Origin: Nitrospirae bacterium JdFR-81
Lineage (GTDB): Bacteria > Nitrospirota > Thermodesulfovibrionia > UBA6902
Assembly: GCA_002011735.1 (NCBI GenBank)
Contig: MTOQ01000058.1
Coordinates: 91-64,090, forward strand
Length of the DNA stretch: 64,000 nt
Direction: 5' to 3'
The notes beneath the pieces were generated by a model. The model saw only the letters and a list, made by a program, of their open reading frames with translations. It was not told the origin of the DNA and made no database searches. Position 1 is the stretch's first letter. Each line of letters starts with the position of its first letter. Position numbers and translations under genes: made by a program. Positions 20,892-29,668 of this stretch are shown here, in pieces.

Positions 20892-22200
20892 GGCTTCCTG
20901 TCCCTATTATCTCGATCTCCTGGGCCTTAAGGCTGCGTGAATTTCCAAGGGGTATCACCGCCTTTTTGAACCCTATCTTTACGGCCTCCTTGAGCCTTGC
21001 CTCTGCCTGGCTTACAGGCCTCAGCTCACCTGACAGCCCTATCTCACCGAATGTAAATATCCCCGACTCCACGGGCATATTCTTGAATGATGATGCAATG
21101 GCACCGATGACACCCATATCTACTGCAGGCTCATCTATCCTCAGGCCTCCAACCACATTCACGAAGACGTCCATATTCCCAAGGTGCATACCGAGCCTCT
21201 TCTCAAGCACTGCTATGAGGAGGTTCACCCTGTTGTAGTCAACCCCTATGGCGGTCCTTCTTGGCACACCAAAACTTGAGGTGGTGACAAGGGCCTGAAC
21301 CTCTACAAGCAGGGGCCTCGTCCCCTCAAGGGCCACGGTAACAACAGAGCCAGGAACACTGTTTGGCCTTTCCGAGAGGAATAACTGTGAGGGGTTATCC
21401 ACCTCCCTCAGACCTTTCTCCGTCATCTCGAACACCCCTATCTCATTCGTTGAACCGAATCTATTCTTAACAGCCCTCAGTATCCTGAAGGGATTACCCC
21501 TGTCACCCTCGAAATACAGGACCGTATCCACTATATGCTCAAGGACCTTTGGCCCTGCTATCGCACCCTCCTTTGTCACATGGCCTATAAGGAAGAGCGG
21601 GATACCGTGCCTTTTGGCAAGAAACATCAACCTCGTTGCACACTCCCTTATCTGACTAACAGAGCCAGGGGCTGAGGATATCTCGAGCGAGAATATCGTC
21701 TGGATTGAATCAATCACGAGGACCTTTGGCTTTATCTGTTCAACCACAGAGATTATTCCCTCAAGGGACGTCTCGGGAAGGAGTATTATACTCTCAGACC
21801 TTACGCCGAGCCTCTCGGCCCTCAACTTCACCTGTTCAGGCGACTCCTCACCCGATACATAAAGCACCTTCCCAAGCGTTGAGAGCCCATCGAGTGCCTG
21901 TAGCACCAGCGTTGACTTGCCGATACCAGGGTCACCACCGATAAGCACAACAGAGCCCATCACCACACCACCACCGAGCGTCCTGTCGAGTTCTCCTATC
22001 CCTGTGCCTGCCCTTTTGCCTGACGTCAGGGAGATCTCGGATAGCTGCACAGGGGAGGCTGTCTTCTGGACAACAAGCCCTGAAACCCTCTCCTCCTCTA
22101 CAAGACTATTCCATGCACCGCAGTCAGGACACTTACCAAGCCACTTCGGACTCGAATAGCCACAACTCTGGCATTGATAGAGGATCTTTTGCCGTGTCAT
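20860..22200 (-). CDS. radA: DNA repair protein RadA/Sms
   Basis: A C4 zinc finger (CQSCGYSSPKWLGKCPDCGAWN), a RecA-like Walker A (GDPGIGKST), the KNRFG motif and a Lon-like C-terminus. Confidence 0.9.
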   Translation of the reverse strand: MTRQKILYQCQSCGYSSPKWLGKCPDCGAWNSLVEEERVSGLVVQKTASPVQLSEISLTSGKRAGTGIGELDRTLGGGVVMGSVVLIGGDPGIGKSTLVLQALDGLSTLGKVLYVSGEESPEQVKLRAERLGVRSESIILLPETSLEGIISVVEQIKPKVLVIDSIQTIFSLEISSAPGSVSQIRECATRLMFLAKRHGIPLFLIGHVTKEGAIAGPKVLEHIVDTVLYFEGDRGNPFRILRAVKNRFGSTNEIGVFEMTEKGLREVDNPSQLFLSERPNSVPGSVVTVALEGTRPLLVEVQALVTTSSFGVPRRTAIGVDYNRVNLLIAVLEKRLGMHLGNMDVFVNVVGGLRIDEPAVDMGVIGAIASSFKNMPVESGIFTFGEIGLSGELRPVSQAEARLKEAVKIGFKKAVIPLGNSRSLKAQEIEIIGTGSLEEALQILFF

Positions 22201-22329
22201 AAGGTATTATAACATGATCAATAAACCCTATAGGTTTATAGTCCGATATCCTACCTGATCAGTTACGCTGTTGACTTTGGAGGCCAGATTCTGTTAGTTT
22301 TTTAAAAGATTTCCTAATTATTCCTTATC

Positions 22330-22406
22330 GGCGGTGTAGCTCAGCTGGTTAGAGCATGCGGCTCATATCCGCAGAGTCGTAGGTTCGAGTCCTACCACCG
22401 CCACCA
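22330..22406 (+). tRNA. tRNA-Met (CAT anticodon)
   Basis: A cloverleaf with a 7-bp acceptor stem GGCGGTG/CACCGCC, the D-loop AGCTCAGCTGGTTAGAGC, the anticodon loop CTCATAT, the T-arm GGTTCGAGTCC and an encoded CCA end. Confidence 0.8.
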
Positions 22407-22455
22407 TCTCCATCTCCCTTCATCATTTAGTTGATGGAATGGAGGGTTATTTTGC
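22407..22455. terminator. Bidirectional terminator hairpin between tRNA-Met and the convergent ZraP-like gene
   Basis: An imperfect inverted repeat CTCCATCTCCCTTCATCA...TGATGGAATGGAG followed by a TTATTTTG tract. Confidence 0.4.
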
Positions 22456-22965
22456 CTTCTCGTATATCTTTCTCTGAAGCTCCTGGATCTCCTTCTGGAG
22501 TTTTATAACGGTCTCCGTCTTTGTCTCAGGGTTACGGAGGGCTTCATAATATTCAAAGGTCTTGCTATTGAGCTGCCTCCTGAGATCGACCGTTTCATCA
22601 AGAAACCTCTGGTACCTCTCTGCACCATAACCCCACATCATACCAGGCCCCATCATCCCGCATCCACCATAGCCCATGCCGGATCCCATCATCATGTTGT
22701 GCATCATCCCATAACCATAACAAGGGCATGTGCCATAACCCATCATCCCTGATCCCATACCATATCCACCCATCATTCCTGGCCCCATCATGCCCATCAT
22801 CCCATAGCCCATCATCTGATACGGACTATAGTAGGTAGAGGTGGTTTCCATCCCTTCGTGGCGTCCCTGACCGCCACCACTCATCATGCCTCCCTCCATA
22901 TGGGCGAGGCTATCTGTTGTCAGTACGGCCAAGACCAGCAATATGCTTAAAAGGATACCCTTCAT
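22447..22965 (-). CDS. Secreted Gly/Met-rich ZraP/Spy/CpxP-like protein (paralog of 396-773)
   Basis: A signal peptide and a long MMG/GYG tract with CPC/GGCG motifs. The C-terminal RFLDETVDLRRQLNSKTFEYYEALRNPETK tail is nearly identical to that of the first paralog. Confidence 0.6.
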   Translation of the reverse strand: MKGILLSILLVLAVLTTDSLAHMEGGMMSGGGQGRHEGMETTSTYYSPYQMMGYGMMGMMGPGMMGGYGMGSGMMGYGTCPCYGYGMMHNMMMGSGMGYGGCGMMGPGMMWGYGAERYQRFLDETVDLRRQLNSKTFEYYEALRNPETKTETVIKLQKEIQELQRKIYEKAK

Positions 22966-22983
22966 CTCTTTTTACCTCCTTTT

Positions 22984-23163
22984 TTAACAACAATGACCAT
23001 GCATTTCATGGTCCTCTGTCTCTTCTGTATACCTCTCTGGCTCCCTCTCAAATGCCTCCTTACAGCCTACTGCACAGAAATAATAGGTCTTTCCCCTGTA
23101 TTCGGTCTTTGCCACGGCCTCATCCTCCCTAATCCTCATGTGACACACTGGATCGACCACCAT
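22984..23163 (-). CDS. YHS/TRASH-domain small metal-binding protein (59 aa, absent from the ORF track)
   Basis: Manual translation gives MVVDPVCHMRIREDEAVAKTEYRGKTYYFCAVGCKEAFEREPERYTEETEDHEMHGHCC. The DPVCxM...YYFC..GC signature and a strong RBS (AAAGGAGGTGA) support it. Confidence 0.65.
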   Translation of the reverse strand: MVVDPVCHMRIREDEAVAKTEYRGKTYYFCAVGCKEAFEREPERYTEETEDHEMHGHCC

Positions 23164-23312
23164 CTTCCCTTCACCTCCTTTCTTTGGCTTTAAGGTTTAA
23201 TCTATATATACCATACCCCCCTATGGTATGTCAAGGAAGGCCTACAGGAGAATAGATTAAACATTTACAATCATTATTATTTGGGATATAATGGGACTAA
23301 AGGCGGAGGATA

Positions 23313-24215
23313 ATGATACCTTATATTATCGCCCTTATAATGGCCTCCCTTATCTCCCTGATTCCCCAATCTTCCCGTGCGGAGAAGGCAAAAACGATTG
23401 ATGAGCTTGTAAAGATGTATGATATCACCCGGTGTATAGGGTGCCACAGGGACAAGTATGAGGAGTGGAAGGACTCGACCATGGGCAATTCGGTTGTTGA
23501 CCCCCGTGTCCTGAGGGGCTGGAGGACGTTCATAAGGCTTGAGCTTGATCAGGAGCCCACCCTCTCAAGGAAGGATCTGACCATATGCCTCAACTGTCAT
23601 GTGCCCCAGATAAAGGACGCCACACCAGAACTTGTTGAGCATATCGCGGAACTCGTGATAATGGCCGTTGAGGATAAAGATGAGGGGAAAAGGGAATACG
23701 CAAGGAAGGAGCTTTCAAAGCTCAATCTTAACTGTCTCAGTTGTCATCATTTAAGGGCAAGGGGGTTTGAGGGTGAGCCAGAGGAGGGGGTGCTTTACGG
23801 CCCCAGGGAGATAACCTCCTCTCCACATGAGGGCATAGGCTTCAAGACCAAAAGGTCAGCCCTAATGTCAAAGTCCGATTTCTGTGCACAGTGTCATCAC
23901 TGCCCACCCAGCGTCCCGTGGGAACAGTGTCCGACACTTTATACCTCATATGTTGAGGGCTTCCTTGAGAAGGGCAGGAAGGAGACCTGTCAGGACTGTC
24001 ACATGAGGGATGTTGACAGATCAAAGAAGTCAGGAGGCTGGAACCACAGATTCTATGGACCTGATGATATCGAATTTCTCAAGTCCGCGATCACACTGAA
24101 CGTAAGGGCAAGGCCCACAAGGTATATTGATATGTACGAGGGCAGGTTCATTCCCGCAGTGGTCCTTGAGGTTGAACTCACAAATAATGCAGGCCATGTC
24201 ATGCCCCATGGCTGA
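23313..24215 (+). CDS. Pentaheme c-type cytochrome
   Basis: A signal peptide and five CxxCH motifs (CIGCH, CLNCH, CLSCH, CAQCH, CQDCH). It ends at a TGA that is in frame with the next ORF. Confidence 0.75.
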   Translation: MIPYIIALIMASLISLIPQSSRAEKAKTIDELVKMYDITRCIGCHRDKYEEWKDSTMGNSVVDPRVLRGWRTFIRLELDQEPTLSRKDLTICLNCHVPQIKDATPELVEHIAELVIMAVEDKDEGKREYARKELSKLNLNCLSCHHLRARGFEGEPEEGVLYGPREITSSPHEGIGFKTKRSALMSKSDFCAQCHHCPPSVPWEQCPTLYTSYVEGFLEKGRKETCQDCHMRDVDRSKKSGGWNHRFYGPDDIEFLKSAITLNVRARPTRYIDMYEGRFIPAVVLEVELTNNAGHVMPHG

Positions 24216-24218
24216 GCA

Positions 24219-24536
24219 GTGATGCCAAGGGCGGTGCTGGAGGTCACCGTGAAGGATGATAAAAAAGAGGTGGTGTTTGCAAGAGAGCACGAGTTTACGG
24301 TCAACGATCTCTATTTTAAGGGTGGGAAACAGGTTGCAATGGCAGAATGGGATATAACAGCCACTGAACACTTTGACCTCGGTGTCAGACCCATTGAGCC
24401 ATATAAGTTTACATATGTAATACCACTAAGCCCTGACACGGCCTCTATTGAGGCAATCGCCCAGTTCAGATATCTCTATTCCCGTGATAAGACATTCGAT
24501 GTTCAGAGGGCCTCACATAAAGTCGTCATAGAGTAA
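24219..24536 (+). CDS. Hypothetical protein, in frame with and possibly a C-terminal continuation of the cytochrome
   Basis: It shares the frame of 23313-24215, separated only by TGA and GCA. Its N-terminus (PRAVLEVTVKDD) repeats the cytochrome's C-terminus (PAVVLEVELTNN). Confidence 0.4.
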   Translation: MMPRAVLEVTVKDDKKEVVFAREHEFTVNDLYFKGGKQVAMAEWDITATEHFDLGVRPIEPYKFTYVIPLSPDTASIEAIAQFRYLYSRDKTFDVQRASHKVVIE

Positions 24537-24595
24537 ACCGTTTCGATCTTCACAATCCCTTCACAATTGGGTTCTATCTTATAATATAGAGGAGA

Positions 24596-25027
24596 ATGGA
24601 AGAGATCGGGATAGTAAAGAGTGTTGACGGTGCCATGGCAAAGGTGGTCCTGGCACGCAGGAGCAGCTGCTGTGAGAGCTGTGAGAAGGATGTCTGCGAC
24701 ATCCCCGAAGAAGGGGTTGAGACCGAGGCCATAAATCAGGCAGGTGCAAAGGTCGGACAGAGGGTAAAGGTGGTGATGAAGCCCTATACCTTTATAAAGG
24801 GTGCTCTCGTCCTGTATCTCTTCCCAGTGGTCGCCCTGTTCTTGGGTGCCTTTGCCGGAAAGGTGTATCTGAGCAGGCTATTTGAAGGGACGGACAGTGA
24901 GCTCCTTGCAGCAGCCGGTTCACTCATCGCGTTTTCTGTCTCGCTCTTCTTCGTAAAGATAATCTCAGGGAGGATGTCTAAGAAGACGGAATACAAGTCC
25001 GTTATCGAATCTATTGTGGAGGGATGA
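24596..25027 (+). CDS. RseC/MucC-family protein (SoxR-reducing-system-like)
   Basis: An N-terminal Cys cluster (SCCESCEKDVC) followed by two TM helices, with an RseC-like size and layout. Confidence 0.5.
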   Translation: MEEIGIVKSVDGAMAKVVLARRSSCCESCEKDVCDIPEEGVETEAINQAGAKVGQRVKVVMKPYTFIKGALVLYLFPVVALFLGAFAGKVYLSRLFEGTDSELLAAAGSLIAFSVSLFFVKIISGRMSKKTEYKSVIESIVEG

Positions 25028-25028
25028 G

Positions 25029-25229
25029 ATGGCAGAGGTTACATTAAAGATCGAGGGTATGAGCTGCCAGCACTGTGTTATGAGTGTAAAGAAGGCAGTT
25101 GATTCACTGGATGGGGTGAGCTCATCGGATGTGGAGGTCGGAAGCGCAAGGGTGGTCTATGACGAAAGCAGGCTTTCTGAAGAGGCGATAAGGGAGGCCA
25201 TCAACCGTGCAGGTTATAAGGTGGTTTAA
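25029..25229 (+). CDS. copZ: Heavy-metal-associated (HMA) domain copper chaperone, CopZ-like
   Basis: The GMSCQHC metal-binding motif sits in a ~67 aa ferredoxin-like fold. Confidence 0.75.
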   Translation: MAEVTLKIEGMSCQHCVMSVKKAVDSLDGVSSSDVEVGSARVVYDESRLSEEAIREAINRAGYKVV

Positions 25230-25648
25230 TCCCTTTTAACAACCCTCTTCTTTATGGCGGCCTTGGCGAGTCTGTCTGCCTCCCTGTTTTCCTTTCTCTC
25301 TATATGGATGATATTATACTCCTTAAAGGTCTGAAGGAGGGATCTCGCCTTTGTCCAGAGCGGCAGGAGTCCCCTGTTTCTGACCCTGTATTGTCCGTTT
25401 ATCTGCCTTACAATAAGCTCTGAATCAAGAAAGACCCTTATCCTGTCCGTGCCCAATGTCTTTGCCGTCTCGAGCCCCTTGATCAGGGCCGTGTATTCGG
25501 CAACATTATTTGTGGTGACACCTATGTATTCTGAGATCTGAAGAGTCTTATTCTGCGAGGGGATACTGATGACTATACCTATACCTGCATCACCTGGATT
25601 CCCGCTCGATGCACCATCACAGTGAAGCTCGGTATATCCATTACCCAT
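25226..25648 (-). CDS. rnhA: Ribonuclease H (type 1, short archaeal/Bacillus-like form)
   Basis: DGASSGNPG, TNNVAEYTALIKGL, DSELIVRQ and ENREADRLA map onto the DEDD catalytic residues. Confidence 0.75.
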   Translation of the reverse strand: MGNGYTELHCDGASSGNPGDAGIGIVISIPSQNKTLQISEYIGVTTNNVAEYTALIKGLETAKTLGTDRIRVFLDSELIVRQINGQYRVRNRGLLPLWTKARSLLQTFKEYNIIHIERKENREADRLAKAAIKKRVVKRD

Positions 25649-25666
25649 CTCTGGTGTATGTCTTCC

Positions 25667-26404
25667 TCACTCACCCTCACGAACATGATGGGGTTGATAG
25701 TATAAAAACCTCTTACAGTAGTAACATGTAAAGATATCCTTGTTCTGTTTGATATCGTTGTATAATTGAGGCGGGATGTTGGTGTTACAACCAAGACACA
25801 CCTCGTTCTCTACCGGGACAACGGCTATACCTTCAAACTTCTTGAAGAGGTTCATATAGTGCCTGTAGAGCTCCTCATCCAGCCGGCTTACAAAATCCTT
25901 TCTCCTGCTCTTGTAAAACTCCATCTCCTTGTAAAGGGCCTTCTTCTCCTCCTCCAGTGCCCTCTCGTGCCTCTTCAGTTCCTCCTCTGCCTCCTTGACC
26001 CTTGACTCCTCTGCCTTTAAAACGCCATTCATACCTTCAAGCTCTTCCATATACTGGAGCAGTTCATCCTCTACTTCGTTCTTCTTCTTGTTATGGGCCT
26101 CTATCTCCTTGAGATGTGCCTCATACTCCTTGTTCGTCTTTATCTCCCTGCTCTTCTCCTTCAATTTATTAATCCTGTCCTGTATCTCGTCAAGCTGAAA
26201 TTCAAGGTCTTTCTTCCTCTTCCTGACCTCCTCATACCTTGCCCTAACACCCTGGAGCGCATTTGTTGCCTCTCTTAGATGATTACGTGGGTCTTTTAAA
26301 CGGGCAGGGAGTGATTCTATCTTCTCGGCTATAGAGAGTATGGAGGAATCCAGCTCCTGAAGTTCAACGAGAAGCCTCAACTGTTCATTCAATACCTTCT
26401 CCAT
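25667..26404 (-). CDS. Coiled-coil protein with C-terminal C4 zinc ribbon (COG1579-like)
   Basis: A long coiled coil is followed by CLGCN...CYYCKR. This arrangement is commonly found next to rnhA. Confidence 0.6.
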   Translation of the reverse strand: MEKVLNEQLRLLVELQELDSSILSIAEKIESLPARLKDPRNHLREATNALQGVRARYEEVRKRKKDLEFQLDEIQDRINKLKEKSREIKTNKEYEAHLKEIEAHNKKKNEVEDELLQYMEELEGMNGVLKAEESRVKEAEEELKRHERALEEEKKALYKEMEFYKSRRKDFVSRLDEELYRHYMNLFKKFEGIAVVPVENEVCLGCNTNIPPQLYNDIKQNKDIFTCYYCKRFLYYQPHHVREGE

Positions 26405-26444
26405 CTGAAATTATAGTAAAATTTTAACAAATATCATCAAAAAT

Positions 26445-28550
26445 CTAAACCAGCGATAGTATTATCTCCCTCTCCTCTGTATCCACACGCTCCACCCTCA
26501 CACCCACCTCCATGCCGATAGTGAATGACCTCTTTGTTCGCCTCCCGACAAGCCTATAACCCCTCTCATCAAACCTGTAGTAGTCATCCATCATTGAGGA
26601 CACATGGACACTCCCCTCAACAAAGAAGTCCTTAAGTTGAACCCTGAGCCCATAGGGACTGATGGAGGTGACTATCCCCTCATACTCCTCTCCGAGCCTA
26701 TCCTTCATAAACCACACCCTCATGGCGTTGATGACCTCCCTCTCCACCTCATCAGCCACCCTCTCCCTCCTTGATGAGTGAACAGCTATCTCTGGCAATA
26801 TCTCCTGGAGGTATCTCCTCCTTCTCTCCGAGATCCCCTTCTTACCAATCACATCCTTGAGTATCCTGTGCACGACAAGATCAGGATACCTCCTTATTGG
26901 AGATGTGAAGTGTGTATAACAGTCTGATGCAAGGCCGAAATGTCCGATGTTATCAGGTGAGTATCTGGCCTGTTTTAGGGATCGTAAAAGGAGTATATTG
27001 AGTAGCGCCTCTATATGCATCCCCTTTGCCTGCTGGAGTATTGAATGGAAGGCATGGGGTCCGGCCTTTTTGAAGCTGAGCCCAAAGGCCTTGAATATGG
27101 GCCTCAACTCTTCAAGCTTTGAGGGATCAGGCCTTTCATGCACCCTGTATAAGGAAGGAACACCCCGCTCTTCAAGATACGATGCAACAGCCTCGTTTGC
27201 AGCGATCATGAACTCCTCTATGATCATGTGGCTGAGGTTCCTTTCGGCCCTTATGATCGCCTCTGGCCTCCCCTGTATATCAAGGAGGATCTCTGGTTCA
27301 GGCAGGTCAAAATCAAGACTGCCCCTCTTTATCCTCCTCTCACGGAGTATCTCACACAGTTCCCTCATGATCTCCAGGTCTTTGAGGAGATATTCATATC
27401 TCCTCCTCTCATGAGGGTCTTTATCAAGGAGTATCTTCCTTACAGATGTATATGTCATCCGTTCGTTACTGTTTATGACGCTCGGATAAAATTCCCTTCT
27501 TATCAGTTCCCCTCTCCTGTTAAAATGCATCTCAACTGTAATGGTGTATCTATCTGTATTTGGCAGAAGACTGCAGAGATCCTCCGAGAGCCTCTTTGGG
27601 AGCATGGGGATCACCCTGTCCGGGAAATAGACACTCGTCCCCCTCTTCCTTGCCTCAAGGTCCACCGCCGAATCCCACGGGACATAATGACTCACATCGG
27701 CAATATGGACAAAGAGTATGTATCCATTGGGTGTCTTCTCGATGGAGACCGCATCGTCAAAGTCCTTTGCGGTCTCTCCATCGATGGTGACGGTCAGCCT
27801 CTTCCGGAGGTCCACCCTCTTCCTTACACTCACCCTATCGTGGAGCCCCCCAACCTCCTCATTTACAGACCTTGGGAATCTATGAGGAAGGGAATACTCC
27901 TCTATAATTGCCTCTATCTCAAGGCGTGGTTCATCCACTTCAGGTAGCACTTTTATCACCCTGCCCTCGGGTGGTTTTGTCTGGGTTGGGTAGGATATCA
28001 GCTCCACTACCACGGTCTCCCCTATCCTCGCATCCCCTCTGTTCCTCGGTGCAATATAGACCTCAAAAGGCAGCCTCTTATTCTTTGGTCTTACATAGTA
28101 GAAGTTTTTATCCCGTAGAAGAGTCCCTGCAATCCTTCTATGCTCCCTCTTCAGTATCTTCACTATACTCCCTTCCCTCCGCCTTTCACTATCAACGCGG
28201 GCAACAACATGATCACCTGACATTGCACCAAGCGTCCTTCTTGGTGGGATAAAGAGATCAGACTCTCCGGCCTTATCAGGTATGACAAACCCATAGCCAT
28301 CCCTGTGGCCTTCAAAGAAGCCTGTAATAAGGTTCATCCTTTCGCTGAGGCCATAAAACCCGTAGCGATTCCTGTATATATCACCTGACTCGATCATTGA
28401 TTGAAGGAGTCTCTTGAGATGTCTGTGTCTGCCCTTCCTTATGCCGAGGCCCCTTGCAATCTCCCTCAGACTGACAGGCCTGTCTGTCTCATCCCTGAGG
28501 AACCTTAAGATCAAATCTTTATCTATCCTTGGACTCATATGACTGCACAA
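26445..28550 (-). CDS. rnr: Ribonuclease R (RNB family, C-terminal S1)
   Basis: A winged-helix N-terminus, cold-shock domains, an RNB catalytic domain (DFDDA..) and an S1 domain, ~700 aa in all. Confidence 0.85.
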   Translation of the reverse strand: MCSHMSPRIDKDLILRFLRDETDRPVSLREIARGLGIRKGRHRHLKRLLQSMIESGDIYRNRYGFYGLSERMNLITGFFEGHRDGYGFVIPDKAGESDLFIPPRRTLGAMSGDHVVARVDSERRREGSIVKILKREHRRIAGTLLRDKNFYYVRPKNKRLPFEVYIAPRNRGDARIGETVVVELISYPTQTKPPEGRVIKVLPEVDEPRLEIEAIIEEYSLPHRFPRSVNEEVGGLHDRVSVRKRVDLRKRLTVTIDGETAKDFDDAVSIEKTPNGYILFVHIADVSHYVPWDSAVDLEARKRGTSVYFPDRVIPMLPKRLSEDLCSLLPNTDRYTITVEMHFNRRGELIRREFYPSVINSNERMTYTSVRKILLDKDPHERRRYEYLLKDLEIMRELCEILRERRIKRGSLDFDLPEPEILLDIQGRPEAIIRAERNLSHMIIEEFMIAANEAVASYLEERGVPSLYRVHERPDPSKLEELRPIFKAFGLSFKKAGPHAFHSILQQAKGMHIEALLNILLLRSLKQARYSPDNIGHFGLASDCYTHFTSPIRRYPDLVVHRILKDVIGKKGISERRRRYLQEILPEIAVHSSRRERVADEVEREVINAMRVWFMKDRLGEEYEGIVTSISPYGLRVQLKDFFVEGSVHVSSMMDDYYRFDERGYRLVGRRTKRSFTIGMEVGVRVERVDTEEREIILSLV

Positions 28551-28912
28551 TTATACCGCAACACAAGTCTCGTCTTCAAAAACGATCAAAACATTCCTTG
28601 CGTTTTGACCTTAGCCAAGGTTATATTAGAGTCTGATACGCTGTGTACAAAAGGGATTAAAAGAACAGAAGATTAATCTTTAAATGACCGTGTCATGCCT
28701 AATTGCCTAATGGATGGTTATTATCTTTTGATAAAGATATAACTTAAAGGCCCCAGGTGAATAAGGCACCTAAATAAGCGTCTACTCTAAGTAATTCGAG
28801 TTTCTTTTAACACAAGCAGTATTATGCAAAAAGCAGGCAAAAACAAAGGTAGATACTTATCCTTATGATATTTATATGATTAAATTGATTGATATTTTTG
28901 GGAGGGCAAACC

Positions 28913-29668
28913 ATGTCTAAGAATAATGAGATCAAATTAAACAATGAAATAGCGAGGTATCAACGGACTATCGCTACACAGAAAAGGACCATCGCTACGC
29001 AAAAACGCACTATTGCAGCACAAAAAAGGACTATCGCAGCACAAAAAGAAAGGATGGCCATTGAAAAGAAGAAAGTTATCGAAATATCGGAGGTGGTTGA
29101 GAGAACAAGCATCCTCTTATCCCGAGTCATCGAATTGAGAGACCCGTATACGAAAGGCCACTCAGAACATGTAGCTGAAATAGTAGTAAATTTTGTTAAT
29201 TTAAACAGCCCATTAAATTTTTCAAAGGAAAAGATTCCGGTTATATATCGGGCGGCCTTACTCCATGATATTGGCAAAATCGGCATAACCGAGCAGGTCT
29301 TGAATAAGCCAACCAAGCTAACAGAAGCTGAATTTATTATGATCAAATATCATCCGATTCTTGGATATAATTTGATTAAACCTTTGCTTTTTGACGAGCT
29401 AATAAGGGATGCAATCTTATACCATCACGAAAATTTTGATGGAAGTGGTTATCCCCAAGGATTAAAGGGAGACAACATTCCACTAATTGCACGCATATTT
29501 AGAATCGCTGATTATTATGATGCATTAACAAGTAGTAGGCCATATCGTGAGGCCCTTAAACCTGATGAGGCACTGAGGATCATGAAAGAACAGAGCAATT
29601 GCTTTGACCCTGAATTATTTTCATTTTTTATTGAAAATATAAGATATCTCACGAGACGTTCCACATGA
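28913..29668 (+). CDS. HD-GYP domain protein with an N-terminal heptad tandem repeat
   Basis: HDIGKIGI and HHENFDGSGYP motifs. The N-terminus is YQRTIATQKRTIATQKRTIAAQKRTIAAQKERMAIEKKK. The gene is markedly more AT-rich than its neighbours, and an RBS GGGAGGG precedes the ATG at 28913. Confidence 0.75.
   Translation: MSKNNEIKLNNEIARYQRTIATQKRTIATQKRTIAAQKRTIAAQKERMAIEKKKVIEISEVVERTSILLSRVIELRDPYTKGHSEHVAEIVVNFVNLNSPLNFSKEKIPVIYRAALLHDIGKIGITEQVLNKPTKLTEAEFIMIKYHPILGYNLIKPLLFDELIRDAILYHHENFDGSGYPQGLKGDNIPLIARIFRIADYYDALTSSRPYREALKPDEALRIMKEQSNCFDPELFSFFIENIRYLTRRST
28964..29060 (+). repeat. 21-bp tandem repeat, about 4.6 copies, inside the HD-GYP coding sequence
   Basis: caacggactatcgctacacag / aaaaggaccatcgctacgcaa / aaacgcactattgcagcacaa / aaaaggactatcgcagcacaa / aaagaaagg... 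The copies encode a QKRTIA(T/A) heptad. Confidence 0.7.

Noticed and set aside
22207-25229. Integrated mobile element at tRNA-Met
   Set aside because: The location next to a tRNA 3' end is suggestive. However, no integrase, no direct repeat of the tRNA 3' end and no phage genes were found, so I kept it as a context note only.
28964-29060. Possible CRISPR array (tandem repeats)
   Set aside because: The repeats are 21 bp, directly abutting with no spacers, in frame and inside a coding sequence. No cas genes are in the window.
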